This document shows, piece after piece, positions 1 through 9,494 of a DNA stretch of 10,285 bases. The position numbers were made by a program, and so were the translations under genes. The DNA is from Octopus sinensis. Its lineage: Eukaryota. The notes below the pieces were generated by a model. That model was given only the letters and a program-made list of their open reading frames with translations, was not told the origin of the DNA and searched no databases. How positions within the stretch are numbered: position 1 is the stretch's first letter; every line of letters starts with the position of its first letter. Location: positions 1 through 10,285 of the forward strand of contig NW_021827714.1 in NCBI RefSeq assembly GCF_006345805.1, read 5' to 3'.

Positions 1-4
1 TGTA

Positions 5-60
5 ATGTATGTATGTATGTATGTATGTATGTATGTATGTATGTATGTATGTATTTATGT
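5..60. repeat. (ATGT)n tetranucleotide microsatellite
   Basis: About 14 near-perfect ATGT units read directly. Confidence 0.98.
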
Positions 61-303
61 CTGTAATCTGCTTGAGCATATGCGTGTGAGTTGATGTATA
101 AATACATGAGAATTTTTTACAGTTTATTGACAGGAGATGTAAATAGGTTTTAAACACCTGTGGAGTGTGTATAGTAATCTACAACATTGTTTCAATTCGT
201 TAAGACAAGCTGAAAAATAAACAGTCATTTTCGACAAGCATAAAAAAAATAAAAAATAAGGAAAAAAATATCGAAAAAAAAAAAAATTTAAATATAAATA
301 TAA

Positions 304-353
304 TGTATGCGTGCGTGCCTGTGTGTGTATGTGTGTGTGTGTGTGTGTGCGTG
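304..353. repeat. (GT)n microsatellite with degenerate (GCGT) start
   Basis: Direct reading. Confidence 0.95.
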
Positions 354-578
354 ATTAAGCGTGGGATCGTTTAAATGGTACTAATAGATTATATATTTGC
401 ATTGTGATTCTTCTTTTTACAATTCCCATAGTGAGCTGAGGTCTGCGACCGAGGTTTTTTTATTTTTTCCGGTTCGTTTCCGTTAATTCATATTAATTTA
501 CAAATGCTTTTTAGAAATATATGGCCGTCATTTTTTTTTTTTTTTTTAGTTTTTGCTTATTTGCTTTTTTTTTTTTAA

Positions 579-609
579 ACTAGGTCTTAACCCATCGCTA
601 CGCTGCCGG
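579..609 (-). mobile_element. Possible Helitron-type 3' terminus
   Basis: Minus strand reads ccggcagcgtagcgatggg-ttaagac-CTAG|T: an imperfect GC-rich hairpin ending 11 nt before a CTAG end that is followed by T. No 5' TC end was identified. Confidence 0.35.
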
Positions 610-711
610 TAAAAAATATTTGCTAATCATGCGCGTGTCTTCTTTTAATAGTAGACTGTTAGATAATGAAAGTTTCGTTAGTTATTATGGTGACAACAGT
701 GTACCGATCTA

Positions 712-712
<1 letters not shown>

Positions 713-755
<43 letters not shown>

Positions 756-788
756 ACACACACTCTCTCTCTCACACACATACACACA

Positions 789-829
<41 letters not shown>
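713..829. repeat. (CA)n microsatellite with short (CT) interruption
   Basis: Direct reading. Confidence 0.98.
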
Positions 830-831
<2 letters not shown>

Positions 832-855
832 TATTTCTCAACAACAAGCTATTTT

Positions 856-1075
856 AAGGCGTTGAGTTAGCAGAAACGTTACCACGCCGGGCGATATGCG
901 TAGCGGTATTTCGTCTGCCGCTACGTTCTGGGTTCAAATGCCGCCAAGATCGACTTTGCCTTTCATCCTTTCGGAGTAGATAAATTAAGTACCAGTTGCT
1001 TACTGGGATCGATCTAATCGACTGGCGCCCTCCTCAAAAATTTAGGGCCTTGTGCCTAGAGTTAAAAAGAAAAAG
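856..1075 (+). mobile_element. tRNA-derived SINE, full length, with target-site duplication
   Basis: Pol III B-box-like GGTTCAAATGCC at 931-942 and a degenerate A-box region near 866-878. Central gcctttcatcctttcggagtagataaattaagtaccag resembles a conserved SINE central domain (Meta-type, from memory). A-rich tail aaaaagaaaaag. TSD aagctatttt at 846-855 and 1076-1085. Confidence 0.9.
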
Positions 1076-1107
1076 AAGCTATTTTTTCTTGAAACAGATT
1101 TTAATTC

Positions 1108-1196
1108 ATTATATACATTATTTACATTTACATTATTAACACAACGTTTCGGCTGATATACCCTCACGCCTTCATCAGGTGTCTTGGGGAAATTTC
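1108..1196 (-). mobile_element. 89-bp Penelope-like/hammerhead mini-insertion with 11-bp TSD
   Basis: Flanked by the exact direct repeat gattttaattc at 1097-1107 and 1197-1207, and contains a hammerhead core. Confidence 0.8.
1138..1183 (-). ncRNA. Minimal type I hammerhead ribozyme
   Basis: Minus strand: gacac-CUGAUGA-a-ggc(g)uga[ggguaua]ucagcc-GAAA-cguu-guguu. Stem I is gacac/guguu, stem II is ggc..uga/uca..gcc, stem III is the palindromic ACGU, and the predicted cleavage is GUU| between 1143 and 1142. Confidence 0.85.
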
Positions 1197-1214
1197 GATT
1201 TTAATTCTGTCTTT

Positions 1215-1284
1215 CACACACACACACACACACTCTCTGCCTATCTATATCTCTCTCTATCTCTCACCCCCTCTCTCTCTCTCT
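1215..1284. repeat. Compound (CA)n/(CT)n microsatellite
   Basis: Direct reading. Confidence 0.95.
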
Positions 1285-1345
1285 TAACAACAACTATCTG
1301 TCATTATAGTGAAAGTTTTTTTTATATTTTAAGTACCGTGATTCC

Positions 1346-1433
1346 CCGAAAATAAGACCTACTCCGAAAATAAGCCCTATCATGATTTTTCAGGTTGTTT
1401 TTAATATAAGCCCTACCCTGAAAATAAGACCTA
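1346..1433 (+). repeat. Four subterminal direct repeats of the pogo element (probable transposase binding sites)
   Basis: ccgaaaataagaccta 1346-1361, ccgaaaataagcccta 1364-1379, aatataagcccta 1403-1415, ctgaaaataagaccta 1418-1433. A fifth remnant, gaaataagac, lies near 2917. Confidence 0.85.
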
Positions 1434-1572
1434 ATCAAAAATGCATCAGCTTGATAGTAAGACCATGTGATGTTTGCAAAATAAACCAACTACTGCAGCT
1501 TGGCCAAAGTCTGCGCTGAGCGCATGCACAGAGTTGGCTCTCTTGGCTTGACTGCCTTGTCCCCCAGGCAAG

Positions 1573-2850
1573 ATGAATGCAAAAAGAGTTATTCCGTGGA
1601 GTACAAGAAAAGAATTGTGGAAGAGTCACATAACAAGAATCTTACGGCTTTTTGTAAGAAGATGTTGGATCTCCGAATGGTTCGAAAATGGCGATCAGAG
1701 TATGGTAATCTCAGCAGACAGGTGGATGAGGGAAGTACTAAGAAGCGCAAGTGTGGATCAGGTCGACAACCGTTATTTTCGGAGCTGGAAGATATCACCT
1801 CAGGATGGATCGCTGACGGAAGAGCAAAGGCTTTGGTTGTACGCAGGGCAGATATTCAAGAATTTGCTCTTGCAATGGCACCACAGTTGGATATACTCCC
1901 AGAGATATTCAAAGCATCACCTCATTGGTTGGATAACTTCCTTCGGCAATATGAGCTCTAAGATCGACAACGCTTGTATTTAGCTGGAGGATGCTGAAGT
2001 GATTCAACGTGCACTTGCATTCAAGTCCTTCGTTGATAGCATCGACTTTTCTAAATACAATCTCTCCAATATAATTGCTACGGATGAGACTGCGGTATTT
2101 ATGGGCCATTGCTCTAAAACGACAATTGAACAGACAGGTGTCTCGTCAATCTATAATGCCTCAACGGGTTACGAAAGTGCAAGAGGTATTTGTAATTTAG
2201 CAATTCGTCTTAATGTAACAAAAAAGTTCCACTGCTTACCATCACAAAGGGCAAAAAAAAAAAAAAAAAAAAGAAAATAGAACGAGTTTCAGGCATTTAT
2301 GTCCTTGAAACGGAAAAGGCCTGGTGCACACAAGTTGTCATAAGAAAAGGGATTGATTTTAACTATACCACTTGTTTTACGTGGTTCTCAAAGAAGTCTT
2401 TTAGTCTGGGATTCGGTCAGTACTCATCGCGCAAAATATATGAAAACCTTTCTTTCTGAAAGAAGAAGTGACCACATAATGGGAATGACTCCATATCTAC
2501 AAACATTGAATCTTGTAATAAACAAGCACTTATTTGCGGATGGAAGTGAATTAATATATCGAACATAGAATGGAGAGAAATCACCGAGGAAACTGTGTCA
2601 AACCCAACCTCCAAGAAGTCGTGAATTGTTATTAGGGTTATTATTCCAAGACAGTTGCGTTGCCAATGCATTAGGAGTTGGGTTCTTCGACAAAAAGTGT
2701 TCATATAAGGAAAGTTATATTGCCAAGCGTGAGAGAGTGAGGTCCATGATTCTACAGAAAATGGATTTGCAAGACATTCAGTCTGAAGTTCGGATTTTGA
2801 TGATTTATGGCTATTTTCCAGAAGAGGACGAAATGCTTGTACTTGACTAA
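1573..2850 (+). pseudogene. pogo-like transposase pseudogene (Brinker-type DBD, CENP-B HTH, DDE_1 catalytic domain)
   Basis: Pieces across frames: MNAKR/KSYSVEYKKRIV..VRKWR, GSGRQPLFSELED..W..FKASPHWLDNFLRQY, IIATDETAVF (D at 2083), LLVWDS (D at 2410), PYLQTLN (third D appears as N at 2509), and C-terminus ending EEDEMLVLD* at 2850. Multiple stops and frameshifts plus a poly-A run near 2254-2275. Confidence 0.9.
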
Positions 2851-2956
2851 AAACAAGAAGCAAATAAATAAACTTTTGATAACAAAGAACATGATTGTTT
2901 TCCTTTTACACGAGGAAATAAGACTTTTTGATTTTCTTGGATCTTTTGAGGCATTT

Positions 2957-3816
2957 ATGCCTCAAGGTTCAGGGCTTGGGCCCTGTTTGTTCTTAGTCTT
3001 CATAAATGACTTGCCCGACGACCTCACGCAACACACCCTTCTATTTGCCGATGATGTGAAACTGGTCGATCCTCGCGGTGATATAGATGATCTTCGTCGA
3101 TGCCTCCACCAAGTTTGGAGATGGTCTAACGAATGGGACCTGTGTCTGAACGTGCCAAAGTGCTATCATCTGCCTGTTGGCTCTTCTCCTGCAACTCAAC
3201 TTGATTTCGAGCCGGGTCGTCTGCTGCTGGAGAGGACCGACCAGGTAAAGGACCTGGGTATCTTGGTGGATTCTTCCTTTTCGCCTTCGGCCCAGTGCGT
3301 CCATGCTGCCAACAAAGCACGCGGAGTTCTGTTTTTGATTCGACGGTTATTCAGAATGCTCACAGCAGCCATATTCTTACCGCTCTATGTCACGCTGGTG
3401 AGACCCATATTGGAGTACGGGATTCTCCTTATCTCCTCAAAGACATACAGCATCTCGAAAGAGTCCAGAAGCTGGCTACCCGCATGGTTCTTGGTCTCAA
3501 GCATTTGTCTTACGAAGAAAAGCTGAAGACGCTCGACCATTATTCTCTAGAAAAACGACGACGCCGTGGTGATCTCATTCTTGCTCATAACATCATAAGC
3601 GGAAAGTGTAACCTCTCGAAAGAGCTGTTCTTCACTCCTGTTCTGGAGCGTCGGCTGCGGGGGTCACTCCGAAAAGCTCTCAATCGAAGGAGAGGGGCTT
3701 TCTCCGTCCGGGTTGCGGATCCGTGGAATAAGCTGCCGGACGAGATAGTGAAGATGCCGACGACCGCACGGTTCAAAGTCGCCCTTGACCACGAATGGCC
3801 TGAACTCTTTGCATGA
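2957..3816 (+). pseudogene. CR1-type reverse transcriptase C-terminal fragment
   Basis: PQGSGLGPCLFLVFINDL, LFADDVKL, KDLGILVD, LYVTLVRPILEYG, then a frameshift near 3424, then PYLLKDIQHLERVQKLATR, YSLEKRRRRGDLI, FSVRVADPWNKLP. Confidence 0.92.
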
Positions 3817-3900
3817 ACACCACCCTGTACATAACTCCATGTCCCCCTACATGGCCTTGCTTTTTGCTTTTTGAGCCAAAAAATTAACTTAACTTAACTT
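2957..3900 (+). mobile_element. 5'-truncated CR1-group (CR1/L2-like) LINE, 3' portion
   Basis: Reverse transcriptase C-terminal half, a short 3' UTR with the hairpin ccatgt-ccccct-acatgg (3837-3854), and an (AACTT)3 tail at 3886-3900. Confidence 0.9.
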
Positions 3901-4264
<364 letters not shown>

Positions 4265-5060
4265 AGTTGATGAGAGATTGACCAGAGAGGAAAATGTTTG
4301 TCTCTAATCCTTTCAGACGCGTCCACCAGATACATTCTTTCGCTATAGCCACAAGGATCATGAAAATAGCTCTTCCTTCCCGTTTGAAGGAAGGAGGCGT
4401 GACGATATTGACGATAGACTCAGCTGATAAACCGACTCGTCCCACACGTGACAGCAGTTGTTCGACACAAGCCCACAGGTCGGAAATTGTTGGACACTGC
4501 ACGAGTGCGTGCAGAACGGTTTCGTCGCTCTGACCGCATCTCGGGCAGGTCGGCCCCGTGTTTCTCGAGCCGTGTCTGTAGAGCTTATCCCGAACAGGTA
4601 GCGCTTCTCGGTAGCACTGCCAGGCTAGGGATCTCTGGAAGTTGTCCATAGGTCTCGGCCCGAAAGTCGTCTTGAACAGGCAGGTCAGATATTCCTCGTC
4701 GACGCCCAGGTTCGCCCCGAGTTCGTCGTCGTACCTCCCCTCCACTAATCCCCTATAGAATGCTTTGGTTGTGTTGAAGTCGCCCAAGATCGACCCAGGA
4801 CAGCATAGCTGCTTGAGAGCAACGCGACACTCGCTGTGCCATTCGCCCTTCCTCGGGCCTCTTTTTGATCCACGACTGCAGTTCGGTCATGGAGACGAGC
4901 TGCGGGAAAGCGTGCCTCACAAACGGTGACCATACCTGTTCACCGTCGTCTACGTAGAGTCAGAGATGTCGCAGTCTCAGCGCGCGTCTGCGCATCATCA
5001 GCCACGGCATGCCCAGCCCTCCTTTTAACGGGTGTTGACAGCAAATGGATCGCCTGACCA
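4265..5060 (-). mobile_element. Tx1/L1-clade LINE fragment (copy B): post-RT region and zf-RVT, truncated at both ends
   Basis: Aligns with 5654-6448 at roughly 90% identity by hand count. Encodes ICCQHPLKGGLGMPWL and CPRCGQSDETVLHALVQC (4494-4547). Confidence 0.93.
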
Positions 5061-5061
5061 G

Positions 5062-5109
<48 letters not shown>

Positions 5110-5123
5110 CAGATAGATAGATA
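5062..5123. repeat. (AGAT)n microsatellite between the two Tx1 copies
   Basis: About 15 units read directly. Confidence 0.98.
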
Positions 5124-5516
5124 TGTTTTCTTTATTAGCCACACAGGGCTGCACACAGATGGAACAAATTACAAGGTAAGCTTTTCTTTTGAAGGTAAAA
5201 AAAAAAAATAAATAAATAAATAAATAAATTAAAAAAATAAAAATAAAAATGGGGGGTCGATCAAAAGGGATCGTAAAAGGAGAGAAAGAGGACAAAAAAG
5301 GGGGGGGGTAAAAAAAAGGGGAGAGGAAAAAAATTGATCAATGGATCGTTATCACAGAATGTCAATATGAGTGTAAAGGGAGGACAGGTGAGGTTTACCC
5401 GTGAAAGAAAAGCCTACGGAAAAGACCACGGTAACCTCGGTCAATGAAGTCACATGTTATATTTTCTTTTTTTTTTTTTTTGCAAATAGCAACTCTCTGT
5501 ATTAATTTTTAACGGT

Positions 5517-7080
5517 TCATAGAATCATAGTCAAAGTGGCTTCGTCATTCATACGTGCCATCCTTGCTACATTCACCCATCTTTTTTTAAAACATTCACT
5601 AGACAAAACTTGCCTCACTATTCTCACTTTTTTCTTCAAGTGATACTTGAAGAAGTTGATGAGAGATTGACCAGAGAGGAAAGTGTTTGTATCTAATCCT
5701 TTCAGGCGCGTCCACCAGATACATTCTTTCGCCATAGCCACAAGTATTGATAAAATAGCTCTTCCTTCCCGTTTGAAGGAAGGAGGCGTGACGATATTAA
5801 CGATTGACTCGGCTGATAACCGACACGTCCCACACGTGACAGCAGTCGTTCGACATAAGCCCACAGGTGGGAAATTGCTGGACACTGCACGATTGCGTGC
5901 AGAGCGGTTTCGTCGCTCTGCCCGCATCTCGGGCAGGTCGGCCCCGTGTTTCCTCGATCCATGCCTATAGAGCTTATCCCGAACGGGTAGCGCTTCTCGG
6001 TAGCACCGCCAGGCCAGGGATCTCTGGAAGTTGTCCATAGGTCCCGGCCGAAAGTCGTTTGAAACAGCGGTCAGGTATTCCTCGTCGACGCCCAGGTTTG
6101 CCCCGAGCTCGTCGTCGTACCTCCCCTCCACTAATCCCCTATAGATGCTTTGGTTGTGTTGAAGTCACTCAAGGTCGACCCGGGACGGCAGAGTTCTTGA
6201 GAGCAACGCGACACTCGCGGTGCCATTCGCCCTTCCTCGGCCTCTTTTTATCCACGACTGTAGTTCGGTCATGGAGACGAGTTGCGGGAATGCGTGCCTC
6301 ACAAACGGCGACCACACCTGTTCACCGTCCGTCTACATAAGAGCCGGAGATGTCGCAGTCTCAGCGCGTGTCTGCGCATCCATCACCACGGCATGCCCAG
6401 CCCTCCTTTTAACGGTGTTGACAGCAAATGGATCGGATCGCCTGACCATCGGGACGCATCCTTTCCACAAGAAGCGGAAGAGGATGCGTTCTAGTTTGGT
6501 GATGGTAGGGTCGGGACAGGGTACGACAGTCAGGCGGTAGTAGATGATGGACGCGATGTACGCGTTCGGCCACCTCCGCCCGACCTTTTAGGGACAGTTT
6601 CCTCTCGGCCCATTGCTGGGCGAGAGTGACCACCCCTACTCGTTATCTCGTTCCAGTTCTTCTCCATTTGGAGGTCCGGACCGAACCAGACCCCGAGCAA
6701 CTCAACCGGGCCGTCTGTCCGGCGTCCCCGACGGAGGTACTGGTGGACGGCATGGCTTGCTTCTCCAGGTGCCGATCCGCAAGCCCACTGACTTTTCCCC
6801 GGTTGATTTTTGCTCCTGTCACCAACTTCGTAGTCTTTCAGTGTCTCGCCGACCCGCTCGATGTGCTCGTGGCTTGACACTATGACGGTGACGTCGTCCG
6901 CAGACACGCTCGTCCCGCATCCCAATTCTCGCGGGATGCCCCTTAGAGTCGCCAGCTTCCGCAGTAGTGGCTCAAGAGTCAATACGTATAGAAGCGCCGA
7001 GAGGGGGCATCCCTGACGGACCGAACGTGCAATGTCGAAAGGTCTCGATAGATGTCCATTTACGCGAATTACCGAACAGA
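5517..7080 (-). pseudogene. Tx1 ORF2 remnant: RT C-terminal half plus zf-RVT; endonuclease and early RT absent
   Basis: VNGHLSRPFDIARSVRQGCPLSALLYVLTLEPL, SADDVT (6893-6901, lacks the usual Tyr), GAKIN, LLGVWFG, KLSLKGRAEV, CPRCGQSDETALHAIVQC (5882-5935), stop at 5517-5519. Several frameshifts. Confidence 0.92.
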
Positions 7081-8372
7081 TTTGCACTCCTTTTTGAGGT
7101 GTGCCTCACTGCCACATGTATAGCATCGTGCCTCTGCCCTCGACTACTACGTATAACTTGCGGCCATCCTCAAGATTTACGTGGGGGGGATTTTATTTAT
7201 GTCCTCTTGACTTATGTGGAAGAGGAACTCTATTCTCTTTCCCAGCCAGTCCTTGTTTTCCGAAACACCGATATCTAGGATGTTTAAGTCCTCCATTTCG
7301 GATGTTAAGGCGGATGTTATCCACAGTGTTGTAGTCACTTGGGGGACACCACTGATGATGACCTTCGTCACCTTCTGGCCGAGGTAACTCGGTGTCATCG
7401 TTAGTTCATCAGAATGAAGGGTTATCGTTGAGAATTTCTTCGCCAACTCTTCATTCTGAAAACCACCTGTACGTTGCGAACTTGTTCGCCCAAGTCACAC
7501 AATCCTTTGTATCCCAGATGGGGCGTAAGCACTTTCGACCTTGTCTGTGCTTGCCATTTCTGGACTTTTAGTTTTTTTATTTGTGATTTATATACAATTG
7601 TCTTTTTTTTCTCCTCATTCATATGTGTTGAGGTATGTGTAAGTATTTTTTTCCGTTTTCATTGTAATAAGGTTTCTTCTGCAATCTTTAATCTGTTTGT
7701 GTAGTAAACGAAACTTTTGTTACCTTTTCTTTTATCGCCTCGGCGAAGTTTGTTGTTGTTTTGTTATTGTTGTTACTGACTGCGGTGGTGTTGGGTGTTG
7801 ATGGCAGGGGTGTTGGGTTGTAGTTTGTGGTTGCTGATTATGCAACTAGCAAGGGGTGGAAAATTGCCTGCGTAATTTAGTCCTGCATTAGCGCAAATTT
7901 TCGGCATTTCGTTTGGCTTGTCGTCGTTATTTTTTCACTTGTTGGTGATGGAGTGAGCAGTGGTTGAAGGGAATTGTTGTTGTCGTCGTCGTTGTTGTTG
8001 TTGTTATTGTCGTTCTTGGTGACGGCGGTGGTGTTAGTGGTATTAGTAGCATTGCCGGCACGGTCTTTGGTGGCGGTGATGTGATGTTGGTATTGTATTG
8101 GTGGCGATGTCTTTAGTAGGGATAGCAGTTTTTAGTAGCAGATTCTGCCATGGTGTTTGTTGTCGGTGTTGGTGGGTGGTGGACTCACTGATGGTGTTGA
8201 CGGTGCTTGGCCTTGCGACCTTTGTTTTGTATTTGTTGCTGTTTGTCGATGTTGATGGTGGTGGAGGGTGGTGTTTGTTGTCAGGTTCAGCGTATGCTAA
8301 CAAGCATCCTGTTTTTTCTGTCTCTGCGTCACGCTTGACTTGCACCTCAGCCTCGTGGTGACCAGTGGCCAT
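7081..8372 (-). pseudogene. Tx1 ORF1 (gag-like) remnant with low-complexity N-terminus, RRM-like segment and CCHC zinc knuckle
   Basis: ATG at 8372 (MATGHHEAE), a Thr/Pro/Asn-rich low-complexity stretch, TKVIISGVP..WITSAL, then VNLEDGRKLYVVVEGR in a shifted frame and CYTCGSEAHLKKEC (7084-7125, CX2CX4HX4C). Confidence 0.75.
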
Positions 8373-8585
8373 TTTGGAAAAAATGGCTAAATGAAACCAC
8401 GAAGGCTATGAGAATTTTTCTTTAAAATTTGCCCACAAGGGGCAAAATTTTGTGTAGATATTTATCACAGGTTTGCAGTGGATGTGTTGCCACACTTTTA
8501 AACACAAAATATTGTCATATACACTTTTGAACGTACAAAAATACCAACTTACGTGGAGCCCATTGACTTGCGTCTGTCTGTCCAG

Positions 8586-9026
<441 letters not shown>

Positions 9027-9440
9027 TTATTACATATATACATATCGGAGCTCCCAGTCGTGTGATACTAGCAGTATCAGTTCCAGTACTTTTAAACATA
9101 AACAAATTTAGTACAAATAGGCCAACTCTGACATGGTGTATAACACTTTTGTTCTTTCTATAATTAATTGTTCCCGAAACATTGAATAAATATCTATTTT
9201 CCCCACCCCAGCCCCGTTTTAGTTTCTGTTTCATTTCCTTGACTTAGCGAGATCAAAGGGGATGAAAATAATAACAAATCGTCTTAATTTATCTTCAAAA
9301 ACAAATGGTGATATAAAAATACCAACGTGTAAATAAAGTGATGTTCAAAGAGAGTATTGGTTTTCTATCTGGTTAAAACCTTTTGGGTTTCTCGTACTAT
9401 ATAGGTGTGTTCGTAAATACATAATCAGACATTATGTAAA

Positions 9441-9494
9441 GTATGTATGTATGTATGTATGTATGTATGTATGTATGTATGTATGTATGTATGT
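9441..9494. repeat. (GTAT)n microsatellite
   Basis: Direct reading. Confidence 0.98.

Larger units (their letters stand above)
1336..2956 (+). mobile_element. pogo-superfamily (Tc1/mariner-related) DNA transposon, Passer/POGK-like, right end missing
   Basis: TA at 1334-1335 followed by the TIR-like start CCGTGATTCCCCGAAAATAAGACC, subterminal gaaaataag(a/c)ccta repeats, and a decayed transposase. No right TIR before the LINE at 2957. Confidence 0.9.
5124..8585 (-). mobile_element. Tx1/L1-clade LINE (copy A), internally deleted; 5' boundary uncertain (between 8373 and 8585)
   Basis: ORF1 remnant with a CCHC knuckle, ORF2 RT and zf-RVT remnant, ~390-nt 3' UTR, AATAAA at 5131-5136 (minus), and (AGAT)n on both sides. 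Confidence 0.88.

Noticed and set aside
584-608. 25-nt microexon (poly-T tract, AG at 582-583, GT at 609-610)
   Set aside because: Not a multiple of 3, weak donor, no partner exons or host gene visible, and the site is also explained as a Helitron-like end
620-865. ORFs encoding HT/CV dipeptide repeats
   Set aside because: Translations of the (CA)n microsatellite
5427-5433. cacggta as the missing right TIR of the pogo element
   Set aside because: Only 7 nt match the left end, the adjacent TIR sequence is absent, and it lies within the Tx1 3' UTR
4294-7704. Plus-strand ORFs overlapping the Tx1 copies (for example 4294-4533, 5683-5970, 6059-6340, 6220-6540, 6967-7278)
   Set aside because: Antisense shadows of GC-rich retroelement coding sequence with no recognisable motifs
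9064-9078. Small hairpin gatact-agc-agtatc containing ACTAG
   Set aside because: A 6-bp stem is expected by chance and no adjacent Helitron-type GC hairpin is present
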